Program-made: the position numbers and the translations under genes | Assembly: GCA_951406725.2 (NCBI GenBank) | Contig: OX597818.1 | Span: 95,418,001-95,482,000 of the forward strand | Source: Octopus vulgaris | Taxonomy: Eukaryota | Length of the DNA stretch: 64,000 bases | Reading direction: 5' to 3' | The notes under the pieces: model-generated | What the model was told of the DNA's origin: nothing | Database searches by the model: none | What the model saw: the letters and a program-made list of their open reading frames with translations, nothing else | Shown: piece by piece, positions 37,735 to 49,286 of the stretch | How positions within the stretch are numbered: the first letter of the stretch is position 1 | Layout of the letters: every line of letters starts with the position of its first letter

Positions 37735-38891
37735 TTAAATTGCAGTCAAACTATCACTGGTGTTTATACAATCGCTGGGAACTTGCTCTGATTGGCTGGA
37801 ATTCAATGAGTCACAGGAGCCAATTCTGAAGTGGAGGCTGGGCATGTGTATTGCATTGCTGTCATTCAGGTTGCTATGACAACAGTCGCTGGACGTGCTG
37901 CCCACTTGAGACAAAATTGCCGACCTTTTGTCATCATCATCGTTGCCCATCACAATTTCACTGCTGAGTCGCTCGACAAGTTCAGTGGTGCCAGTAACGT
38001 CGTTATCACAGATGGCGCTGGCCATTTCTATATTGTTAGAGTCAGTGAAGTTGAGGAGAGGCTCACTGGAGATTCTGCCGCAAATCTTCACCGGAGATGG
38101 ATGCCGCCAGCAAGCTGTGATGTCCTCTGAACTAAACTGAACCTGTTCTCGCTCAATATCTCCATTCCGCCCCTCTCTACCTGGCCCTCCACCACTGCTA
38201 CCTCTGTTATTGCCACCACCACCACCACCTCCACTGCTGCCACCACCACTGTTGCTGTTGTTTCTGCCACCATTACTCTCCACATCAGTTTGTCGGTTTG
38301 CTCGTTCAACCCGGTGTGTTTCGTCTCGAGTTTCCGACTGCTCAGAATCAGACGACTCACTGGGTAGAAGAAGGGTGGTAGTTGATCCTTGCCTATCAAA
38401 GTCAGTGTTTGTGCTATTTACAGTGTCGTCTTGGCCGTCTGTAATTAGAGGAACATCTGACCCATCACAGCCTTCCTCGGTTGCGGGCCTCTCCGTTGCC
38501 GTGACAACTGCAGGATTCTGTTCCACAAGTTCGGCTGTTGTTTGGCTGCTCTCGGTCAAACAGCTTCTTGATCGCGAACTGGAATTCGATGAGCGGTGAC
38601 GACTGCGGTTGCTACGTCTCGAGTGACGTCTGCGCTCCTGGAAAATACGCTGGGCTTCTTCAAACGGCATTGACGTAATCATCGCCTCACAATAGGAAGG
38701 AGGTGCTGGGCGTCGCATAAACTCCGACTGCCAGTGGGTGAGTGGGCCCCCAGGTTCGGTCAGTCGCAGGCGGTGCCGGTCACGGTGCCGCAGAGAGTTC
38801 AGTTTACAGGTAAATCCAAGGGCAATGACCAATAGCAGGGCACATGTGAGAGAACCAACCACAGCTACCAATATCACTCTGTTGGAACTGC
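37735..38891 (-). CDS. LRP12/LRP3/LRP10-family receptor, last exon (transmembrane helix + cytoplasmic tail)
   Basis: minus-strand acceptor ttcttctctcttccag; GSSNRVILVAVVGSLTCALLLVIALGFTCKL resembles LRP12/LRP3 TM (VIGSL.CGLLLVIALGCTCKL); RRPAPPSY motif; stop at 37735. Confidence 0.9.
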
Positions 38892-40737
38892 CTGGAAGAG
38901 AGAAGAAAAAGACTGGATCAATAATGAGGTTAACTGCATTGGTATATAAAGATTGGTTATATTAGAATCAGTAGTAATAGAGAAGAGACAATGATGATGA
39001 GGAAAGGAAAGAGATTGTCATAATGTAGAAAGGAAAAGATAACTACAAAGAGAAGAGAATAAAAGGTGGCATTAGACAGAAGTGAATGAAAAGTGACTCC
39101 AGAGAGAAGTGAATGAGGAAATGTGATTAGAGAGAGGTTAGAGAGGAAAAGTGATTGTAAAGAGGGGAAGTGTGACTGTAGAGAGGGGCAAGAGTGGAAA
39201 GGTGACTATACAGAGAGAAGAGAGGGGAAGTATAAGTGTGGAAGATGAGATGAAAGGACACCTCTAAAGAAGAACACAAGATGAGAGTGTAGTTGTGATG
39301 AGGAAAAGAGATGGTAGAGAAGGAGTAACTGTAAAGTGAGTGACTGTAGAAATAGTGAAAGGAGAAAGATTGTTGACTATGTAGTAGGCAAATGTGAACA
39401 TATATACATAAGCATATCTCTATTTGTACATATGTGCAAGTACATCTAACTAGTGTGTGTGTATATACACAGTTATAGATATTGCACCTGGAATGAAGAG
39501 GGGGTCAAGATTTTTAAAGTTTTCTTATGCAAAGACTTACCATTTCCAACACAAACATCAGGAAACTGAAAGTCAACTTGTCACCAACTAATCAAGTGAA
39601 CATGCAAGCCAGATAGACTTCTCACCCAGCAAGCAACAAGACAGACAGCAGGTTGTGAATATCAAGTTATTTCTGGTGACGAATGTACCACTCAAGATTG
39701 ACAAGTGGTTAATGACTTTGGGATAAGTGCCTGACAGAGTCAAAGACACAAGATAAACTTGAAAAAGAAGTAATGCTGAAAGATACCTTGACTTTACATG
39801 GGTTCAAATAAGTACCAGGTGACACATATGACAAAGAAGACAGAGACTAGAAAGTGGTAGTTTCTGCAAGATATCCTGCTGTAAGCCATAGTCCAGACCT
39901 GTGGTTGTAGCCAAGCAAGAGAGATGCCTCAGAAATCCAGAATGATAAAAAATCTGAAGTGAACATGCAGTGGAGAATGAGCCTGATCTTTAGTAAAAAC
40001 AATGATGAGTCTGGACATGTTTCAATCATACTGGACCTCCTCAGTGAAGCATGGACAAACTCATATGTTCTTCATGTAGAAGTTATCTCAGAATAATTTG
40101 CCCATCATGGTTGCAAAATTGCTTCATCAGTGTATAATTATCTGCCAAAATCTATGTAATCTCTCAATTATTCTTTAGATCTGGCAAGTACAAGTAAGAC
40201 AATGCATTGCTAAGGAGGTCAAATATCAGAATGTTACTACACTTGCCAAAGATGAGGCTCACTCCTAACTACATACTTCCATTCAATTTCCGATTGATTG
40301 AGATTTCTGAATTGTTTAAGTTGCCTTTCTTAAAGATGATTATCATTAATACTTACGACTTTTCTCTTCATTAAGGATAGACGTGGCATATTTGAAACAA
40401 GTTAACTCAATAATGGACTCAAATGATAATTGATCATGGAGTACCAACAGCAGAAGTTCTCCAAAGTCAGACATGTTGCAAGGCTCACAGGCAACAGGTG
40501 CACCCATGCAGTTGACAAGTGTTATGCAAGAAATCATAAGAGACCACTTGAGAAACCTCCATGATAATAAGAAGTTAACACAGCAAAACAATTTGGGCCC
40601 AAATAGAAGAATAAGAAGAATGAAAGTTCAGTGTGACCAGCAATGTTTAGGGACATCTGACAGCCTGGGTGATAAGAAAATATAGACATGCCTGTGTGTA
40701 TATATGTATGTGAGAGTGTGAATGTGTGTATCTATAT

Positions 40738-41138
40738 CAAGCACGTGACATCAGTAATTACTCAAGGTAGGCAGTTGGTGACCATTATGTAGTAAAACAC
40801 AAAAAATAAGTGAAACACAGGCAAGCGACTGAGTTGAAGGCAGATTTACTTCATCCTTTATATTACATAAAGAAAACGGTGTTGTAGGAGTGTATGCAGC
40901 ACACGTACTACAGTAGTACTTTGCATAGCTTAAATACTGAGATTGAAAGGCAGGGGCGAATTATGCCTACCTAATCTACAAAAAGATAAAATATTTCACA
41001 TTTTATAAATAGTAATCAGAGTAACCTAAATTTATTGAATTAGGTGCATATCTTGCTATAAAAGGAAAATGTTGCTATCGATCTATTTTATTCAAGGTAG
41101 GCACTGCCTACCTTGTCTACTTAGGTGGCATGTCCCTG
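40738..41138 (-). mobile_element. About 400-bp non-autonomous DNA transposon (hAT-like), copy 2
   Basis: reverse complement of 25697-26092; flanked by atctatat/atgtatat, a near-perfect 8-bp target duplication. Confidence 0.7.
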
Positions 41139-41207
41139 ATGTATATATGTGTGAGTGTGTGTGTATGTATATATGTTTGTGTGTATGAATGAATCAACAC
41201 CACTCAC

Positions 41208-41330
41208 CAGGACAGTTCATCTCATCACTGTTGTCTCCACAATCATCTGTGTAGTCACATTTCCAGTTCTCATAGATACAGCGACTGTTCTTACACAGGA
41301 ATGTACCATTGAAGCCACACCGGTCTGGGG
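41208..41330 (-). CDS. LRP12-like receptor LDLa exon (123 bp)
   Basis: tttcag/gtgagt on minus; [40 protein letters not shown], canonical 6-Cys LDLa with DCxDxSDE; phase 1-1. Confidence 0.92.
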
Positions 41331-41429
41331 CTGAAATATAACACACAAACATATCACAACTTACTGTTGTGCACAGAAGATATAAATACACCTACACACA
41401 TATATATTTTATATTGGTTGAGTCAGTCT

Positions 41430-41477
41430 CTTGCTACTCTGAGTTTCACTTGTAGATGCACAGCATCTTCAAGCAAG
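41430..41477 (-). ncRNA. Type I hammerhead ribozyme-like motif (C3U variant) within an inverted repeat
   Basis: minus strand CTTGC-TTGAAGA-tgctgtgcatctacaagt-GAAAC-TC-A-GAG-TA-GCAAG; stem I CTTGC/GCAAG perfect. Confidence 0.55.
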
Positions 41478-41610
41478 TTATGACTCATAACAGGCAAGAA
41501 GATCTTGTGCACTTACAGGTGAAACTCAGAGTAGCAAGAGAGTGACTCAACCAAAATAAAATATATTATCATATATTATTAATGTACTGAATACTCTTTT
41601 CCCCAGGCAG

Positions 41611-41681
<71 letters not shown>

Positions 41682-42301
41682 ATCAAAAATAAAAACAGGA
41701 AAAACAACAAAAGTCAAAATGATGCTCAGAGAAAGTTTAAGATGAAAGAAAGAGGTGGGTTGACATTTCAAGCATGGCACTTCTTCAAAAAACAAAAAAC
41801 GGGAAAAGTCCAGAGAAAAGGAAAAGAGTAGTCTGAGAAAAGCATGTGCATCATTACATTCAGAGTTTAAGAGAACAAGAATAAGAAGTTATTAAAATCA
41901 TTTTAAATTCTCCTAACACATGAGTATGTTTTAAACATAGTCTTCCTGTGTATTATTACTAATAAAAAGCTGAAGGTAAGTATATGATTCATTCCTTGCA
42001 AGCTTATGCATGTCCTCAGCAGTCATGGCCCATACTTTATTTTATTGACCCCAGAAGAATGAAAGGCTAAGCTGGACTTGAACCCAGGATATAAATGGAA
42101 ATCAACCCATCACTCTACTGACTTTGCCATGAAAGTGCATGGTCTTATGGTTAGGGTGCTCGGCTTATAATCATTAAGGCTGTGAGATCAATTCCTGAAT
42201 CAGGTAGCATATTGTGTTCAGGAGCAATTCACATTCTCCCCTCAAATATTACTAAAGTCACAGAAAACCATGAACACCACTATATCAAATAGCTATATAA
42301 G

Positions 42302-43030
42302 ATTTAAATACATCATTTTCAAACTAGCTATTGCTATTGTCTCAATGGTCCTGTGGGTAAAGACATACAGACATAGCAACACATATACCCCTTGGACAAA
42401 GGATCAATCTTGGCCCATGGCCTATACTGATTGTTTTTGTTCTTCCTCCTTTTAACACATCTCTAGAGAAAAATAAAACTAAATGAGATCATATTACAAT
42501 CCCTACCTGAGACTGAAACCTCCATCTACCCCACTGTCTTTGTCTGTCACCAAACACCCTTATCCACAAAGCCAGTAATACTACTTATACCAAATATGAG
42601 ATATTTAAATCTATTCTAATGATTGGTTAGTGATTACATTAGTCTGATAGGTTTAAATACATCATTTTCAAACTAGTTATTGCTGTTGTCTCAATGGTCT
42701 TGTGGGTAAAGACATGGACACAGCAACACACAAACCCCTTTAACAAAGGATCAATCTTGGCCTAAGTATTTTTTTTCGCCCTCTTCTCCATTTACAGAAA
42801 AAATAAAACTGAATGAGATCATATCACAATCCCTACCTGAGACTGAAACCTTCATCTACCCCACTGTCTTGTCTGTCACCAAACGCCCTTATCCACAAGG
42901 CCAGTAATACTACTTATACCAAATATGAGATACTTAAATCTATTCTAATGATTGGTTATTGATTACATTAGTCTGATAGGTTTAAATACATTATTTTTAA
43001 ACTAGCTATTGCTGTTGTCTCAATGGTCTT
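42302..43030 (+). repeat. Tandem duplication, about 330-350 bp unit, about 2.2 copies
   Basis: tttaaatacatcattttcaaactagctattgctgttgtctcaatggtc recurs at about 42303, 42652 and 42981. Confidence 0.8.
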
Positions 43031-44145
43031 AAGGGTGGAGACAATAGCAAGCAATATAGAAGCATCCTGATACAGAGTTCAATCTTGTCCCTGGGCATAC
43101 ACTGAAGGGTTTTTTTTTTTTTTGTAGTTGTTTGAGTGGGGCACCTTCTTGAAGGTTTTAGTCAAATAAATCGATCCCTGTAATTAATTTTTTCAAGGCT
43201 GGTCCTTATTCTATCAGTCACTTTCACTGAACCATTAAATCCAAGTAAAAATTATCCACCTGCTTCTTTTTCCCCTTTCCCCTCCTATCTAACTAGATAG
43301 AAAACATGTAAATATTTAATAAAACTCTTTTATAATACTTGGCAGAGATTGAAACCCTCCACCTCAACATATGCCTCTGCTTATAAAGCACCTTTACCCA
43401 CAAGGCTACCAAAGAAACAACTGTATCTATTTTTAAAAAATGTGATATTTAAATATAATTTCATCATTCACTATATAGCTACATTCATTATAAAGATGCT
43501 CAATCTCCTGCAAACAGCAGCTAAGGCTCGCTTACATCACCTGTAACTGGTCTTCAGAAAAAACAAAGAACACCTCAGAGACATGGATCTAAAAGGGATG
43601 TACAACAGATTATTTTGATAATGTTTCACTTTAAAATATTTTGTTTAAACTTTAAATGAGAAATGTTGCAGTACCAGTAATTATATATTTCGTTGTCCAA
43701 TGTATCATAAAGAAAAAGTTACTGAAAACCAACATATTAATGTATTTCTTAATACATTATGACTGAGTGATAGATGGGTTGGTCATGGTTGGAGTGTTTT
43801 TGATCGTAGATCAACTCTAACAAAACAAAAACATTTTTAAAAATTGATTTTAGATTTTTCAAGTTTTTTTCTTTTTTTCTTTAAATTATTGAAAGAATTA
43901 CTTTGATATTGTTTTGGATGTGGATGACAGCCTCATCAACAGCAATGATGACAGCTGAGAGAGAACTGCCACTACTACAGTGGACAATCACCAAGTCACT
44001 ACTGCAGTGTTGTTCATCAGGCAAGGAACTGCTGTGAGCCCGATAATGCTGAATAGTTTGAACAAACTGCATATATATATATATATATATATCTAATATA
44101 GGATAAAATTTTCAAAAATTTTTATCAGTGGCCAGCATTGCCCCC

Positions 44146-44185
<40 letters not shown>

Positions 44186-44735
44186 TCATCATCATCTAAC
44201 GCCCGTCTTCCACACTGGCATGGGTTGAACAGTTTATTGGCAAGCTGAAGGATCCAGTCCGATTCAGCCTGGCCCCTACGGTTTGACGCCCTTCCTAATG
44301 CCTACCACTCTAGTGTGTGCTGGGTGCTTTTAATGTGGCACCAGCACAAATGCTTTTATGTGACGCTAGCTTGAGTGCTTTTATATGGCACCAGCCCTTG
44401 ACTCTAGCAAACCAATCTTCTTTACCAGGGGAAGCAACCAGCCTTAACACCTCTGCTGTGAGGGAGAGGATAATGATGAGCTTCTTTCAGTTTTTATCTA
44501 TGAAATGCACACTCATTTAAAATACTATTGGTTATTTTTTTGTCCCAACATGTCCTTTCCAAACCCCAACAAACAACAAATTACGTATTGCTTTGAGAAC
44601 AAATTAAAATAAAAGGAATTTATGTATATATATTTACGTATATATGTATATATATATATTTACGTTTTTTTTTTTAAGTTTCAGGTCAGAGCTGCGGCCA
44701 TGCTGATGCACCGCCGTTTTGCTACACTGTTATTA

Positions 44736-45170
44736 CTAAGAGCCTCCTCTAATATGTGGCACTTGGTGAAGAATGGAGTTCGATATAGCTACCCTCATTT
44801 GCATCTCTTGCTGTGAGGTAGGTTCATTTGGGACTCTCAACAGGAAGAGGTCCAGCTTTGATTTAAAAATCCCTACATCTACTTTGTGCAAGTTCCTCAG
44901 ACTTTTTGGGAGAATATTAAAAAGCTGTGGTCCCTTGAAACAACCCAGGTTGTTGCAGTAACTGGTCCTGAAGCGTGATGGCATTGGTGTAGCTTTCAAT
45001 GCCAAAATTTGGCACAATTCCTTCCAGATATATATTACTGCATACCTCTCCAGGGAATAGAATCTTAGCTGTTTCAACCTTTCCCAGTAGCTGAGCTGTT
45101 GCAAAGAGACGATCTTCTTTGTGAATCTTTTCTGGATTGCTTCAAGGTCCGCTATTAATTTCACACAGGT
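44736..45170 (-). mobile_element. CR1/L2-like LINE 3' fragment (duplicate at 56371-56800)
   Basis: IADLEAIQKRFTKKI..LQQLSYWERLKQLRFYSLER..IYIWK...GPQLFNILP..LR...FKSKLD.FL. Confidence 0.8.
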
Positions 45171-45244
45171 GGGTGACCATAGGTGTAAGCAGTAATCCAG
45201 CGGCTGAGGACAAATGTCCGTCAGAGGACCATCATGGTTTCCTT

Positions 45245-45316
<72 letters not shown>

Positions 45317-45826
45317 TACATACGTGGAAAATCAGTGTGTTTGTTTGTGGCATTGTTAGTTAACTCCTCTTACATCATGTTATTGATTTTGATGAAACTT
45401 GCGACATGAGTAGAACTCATGTCTGGAAACCTTGTGACATACTTAGATTTTTGAAAAAAATCGATAATACAGCCCATGGAAGGGACCTTTATATCTACCT
45501 CATATAACTATTGTTTTAAACACCTAAGGGAAATAACCCATAGTAACTGTACCTTATTTTTCAAACACTCAAGGGAAATAACCCATTTCATTGTTTATGT
45601 TTGATTACCCACATATATATATACATGTACACACACACACACATATATATATATACACACACACACACACATATATATATACACATATGCATATACATCT
45701 AAACATACACACACATATATATATATAAATATATACATAGTGAGAATTTACAAAAAAACAAAAGATGAAGACGGGTGTGTAAACAACAAACAGATGTATT
45801 AGTTTAACGCTCAAGAAGTGAGAAAG

Positions 45827-45864
45827 TCTTTTACGTTTTGAGCCTATGCTCTTCGACAGAAATA
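45827..45864 (-). ncRNA. Hammerhead-like motif related to the Penelope 3' end, GAAA mutated to AAAA (duplicate at 57433-57470)
   Basis: minus strand TATTT-CTGTCGA-A-GAGC(ATAG)GCTC-AAAAC-GTA-AAAGA; flanks 45735-45910 resemble 6400-6625. Confidence 0.5.
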
Positions 45865-46504
45865 AACAGGGAGAGAAAATAGAAACGGTTTAGTGGCTAG
45901 CGATCTATCATCTACATACATATATAAGAAATGAAAGGGCTTAATAAATCCAGGAAGATTTCTATAAAGCACTGTGTTAAACAAATTTGATTAACACTAT
46001 CAATCAGATTGGAATATGAATACCAGAGTACAAAACGGACAATTTCAGACTGACAAGCGTTTGTAAGGAGAACAGAATTGCCGTATTGGAAATAAGGCTT
46101 TATTCAACTTCTTTGACAGATACGGTAGACAAATAATAATTTTTGCCAGCAAGTCAAAAATGAGTTAATGACGACATGATGCAGTTTGGTAATGAAAAGC
46201 TAGCCAAAATAGTTACGTATAAAAAATACATACATGAACAGCATGTATATTTTCATATAAACATGTATATGCAAACAACATAAACATGCATACACACCGT
46301 TTATTGCATTCTCACAACACAGATATCAATAATTGCGAGTAGAATTAATATCCAAGGTAATTCTTTATGCATTACAAGTAACTCCAAATATCACTTCGAA
46401 GAATTTCAAGAAATTCAGAGTTTAAGACAACAAGAATAAGAATAGAGAAAATTACATCTTTAATTGATGAATACATCACACATTACTGATGATCCTTTCT
46501 GTCA

Positions 46505-46915
46505 CAGATGGCTCTAGTAACACAGGAATGGATGGCTGAAAATTTTCATGATCACATAACCTCTAACATTTGGCCTCCTAATTCCCCAGATCTCAATCCA
46601 TTGGACTATTACGTGTAGAGCGTTGTTGAGATAGTGGTCAATGAACATGCCCATAATGCCAAAGATTCTTTGAAAGCTGACATAGAGTAATGTCCAAAAT
46701 GAACCAGGACCACTTGATTCAAGCATGTAGATGATTTATATCTCATATAGAAGCAGTTGTTAAAGTTTAAGGTAGCTTTATTGAATAACATTATAGAAAA
46801 GAAGGTTTATTTTTATCCTCAGCATTTTTTGATAAATAAAATTATCATCTGTTATTATATATCTGTTTTTTTTATAAACATAAATCTGTCCTCAAAATAC
46901 CTTACGCACCTTGTA
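46505..46915 (+). mobile_element. Tc1/mariner-superfamily 3' fragment (duplicate at about 58110-58522)
   Basis: tggcctcctaattccccagatctcaatccattggactattacgtg = WPPNSPDLNPLDYYV; ends cgcaccttgta. Confidence 0.75.
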
Positions 46916-47869
46916 TATAAATAAGTAACAAAGATGTACAGGTGTCAATTCATAACAGCTGTTTCAAATGACTCCATTTAATTATTTAATGAGAACATTA
47001 TATCACTTTGAAACAAACTGCTCGCTTCAAAGTATCTTTATACATTGTTCAGTTTCCTGACATTTGTACATAATTCTATGTACTATACATGCACCTTTGA
47101 TAATTGGTAGTGCACCTGAGCACTATACACAATAATTTCATTATTATTTTCACCTCCACTAACACAAGTCTAATAAAACTAAATAAACTGATGGTTTAAT
47201 AGAAATTTGAGGTTAGTTAATTTAGAAATTAATAGAATACAATAACTAAATGGAAAAGATCTGCATCTACATTCAAACTTTGGACTAAATGAACAGAGTA
47301 AAAAGTGAAATTTTATTATAATCAAAGTTCAGAGTTTAACAGTTGATATTGTACAGTTTCTCAGATTTATTTCTCAAAATAGAAATAGAAAAGTTATAAT
47401 GACTAAGAATGCAAAGGCTATTGGTGAAGAAAATGCCATTGCATGACATAACTATGAACTATAAGTTGAAACTGTTTACTATCTATCAACAGAAAATAAA
47501 AGTGTTTACTATCTATTCAAAGAAAATATGGAATAAAAGAATAGAACTAAGGTTACTGGAAACATTATAATATGGTAGAAAAAGGTATGCATATGTATGC
47601 AATAGATTGTTACAAATTTGGAAAAATAGTAGATTTAAAGCATTTTAAATTTCTAAAGATACTATTATATCAAGATTAATTCTGAGTGTCGACTAAATAA
47701 AGGGGAGTTGGAAACAAAAATTTTTTTAAATAAATAACTAACAGGAGAGATCTTCAGAGGAAGAACTCCCATCCAACAAGTATTTCAGCCCTTCCTGGCA
47801 TTCTACGGGAGCCGGGCCCACCCAGATCATTTCTCTCCTAGGTGTCATTCTGTTGCTTTCCAAAATCCT

Positions 47870-47955
47870 GTCTCCAGTTGGATTTGAACCTGGGTTGTTC
47901 TTTGCAAACTTGTGTTCCCAGGTCTGTGTTTCAACCCACTAGGCCACACTGACCG
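47870..47955 (-). mobile_element. tRNA-like SINE head / tRNA pseudogene (duplicate about 59478-59565)
   Basis: minus strand ggtcagtgtggcctagtgg (A box)...ccaggttcaaatccaac (B box); no convincing cloverleaf. Confidence 0.5.
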
Positions 47956-48664
47956 GCAAAGGAACCAGTTCTCTTCTTCCTTATATTTCAGTAACTGGGT
48001 CCATTGGTCATTTCTCTTCACCCATGTTCTCATTGAGCTCTTTTCAGCAACATCAGACAAGCATTTCATTGTGGCAGTTCTTCTGTGGCCTTTGATAACT
48101 GCTCGAGTAGCTGACAGGTTGATGCAGCCACAAATTTTCACGTTCCAACTTCAACTGGTCTCATAGTACAGTGGTAACCCATACATATACACATATATGA
48201 TTCTGAGATGCAAAGTGGACATGACTTTTTATTATTGTTGTTGTAAAGTTTTGTGATATATATATTACACACACACACACATACTCACAAATACACAAAC
48301 ACATACATACATAAGACCATGTGAAAATCGCATATTTTTCAAATAGCCTGCCTGTTAAACAGGAAGAAGTTTTTCTGTTTAATGGGCAGACTATTCAATA
48401 ACGCATGTTTTTTTATGAGACTGTCCAATTTCAATTTCTAATCAAATGTTCCAGGAAGAAGCGTTATTCACTTTATATAAGAAACAAGCTCCCAGATTTG
48501 AAATTCATTTGAAAAGTATCATGCACGAAACTCAGCTCTTGGAGTTAGTTTTGCAACTTTCTACCAATTGGAAATAATAAAAGGATACAAGTATATGCAT
48601 ATACATGACATATATATGCACACACACTCATGTATAAACACATACATACAAATACATGTGTATA

Positions 48665-48708
<44 letters not shown>

Positions 48709-48979
48709 CACATATAAACATACATGTATACACACACATATACATAATGTAAATGTGAGTGCCTGTATTAATATTTGCATTGTTCTTGAAACCAGTTTTA
48801 TTTTGCTATGTCCTTTCATGTTCCATTAACTTCAACAAACATATCAATAAAATAAAAAAACAGAGGGAGAGGAGAGGGAGACAGATATGGGGTGGGGGAG
48901 AAAAAGTGAGAGTGAGAGAGGGAGGAGGTCTGTGCAGAGGTTGAAAGGATGTGTGGTGACAGTAGAAAGTTGAACTTAC

Positions 48980-49096
48980 TACATCTCAGTTCATCTGCAG
49001 CATTGGAACATCGGCTGACTCCATCACACCTCTCTTCATCAGTGTAACACAGACTGGTTGATGTGCCACAAGAGAATGTATTGAAAGAACAAGCAT
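48980..49096 (-). CDS. LRP12-like receptor LDLa exon (117 bp)
   Basis: ttatag/gtaagt on minus; DACSFNTFSCGTSTSLCYTDEERCDGVSRCSNAADELRC; phase 1-1. Confidence 0.9.
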
Positions 49097-49158
49097 CTAT
49101 AACGGAGCGGGGAAGAACAAAATGATATTCTAGATACATCTACATTGACGTATAGGTT

Positions 49159-49286
49159 CATCATCATCATCATCATCACCACCACCACCACCACCACCAC
49201 CACCACCACCACCACCACCACCACCACCACCACCACCACCACCACCACCACCACCACCACCACCACCACCACCACCACCACCACCA
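49159..49286 (+). repeat. (CAT)n(CAC)n microsatellite
   Basis: long CAC run; much shorter in the duplicate at about 60770-60825. Confidence 0.95.

Noticed and set aside
37831-38965. Plus-strand ORFs opposite the LRP tail exon
   Set aside because: Antisense shadows of the GC-richer coding exon; no recognisable domain or splice support.
39650-40300. Very decayed LINE endonuclease/linker remnant (similar traces at about 49380-49900)
   Set aside because: Only faint motif resemblance with many stops; boundaries cannot be supported by eye.
47870-47955. Possible functional tRNA gene
   Set aside because: A and B boxes are present but acceptor and anticodon stems do not pair convincingly; treated as a SINE head.
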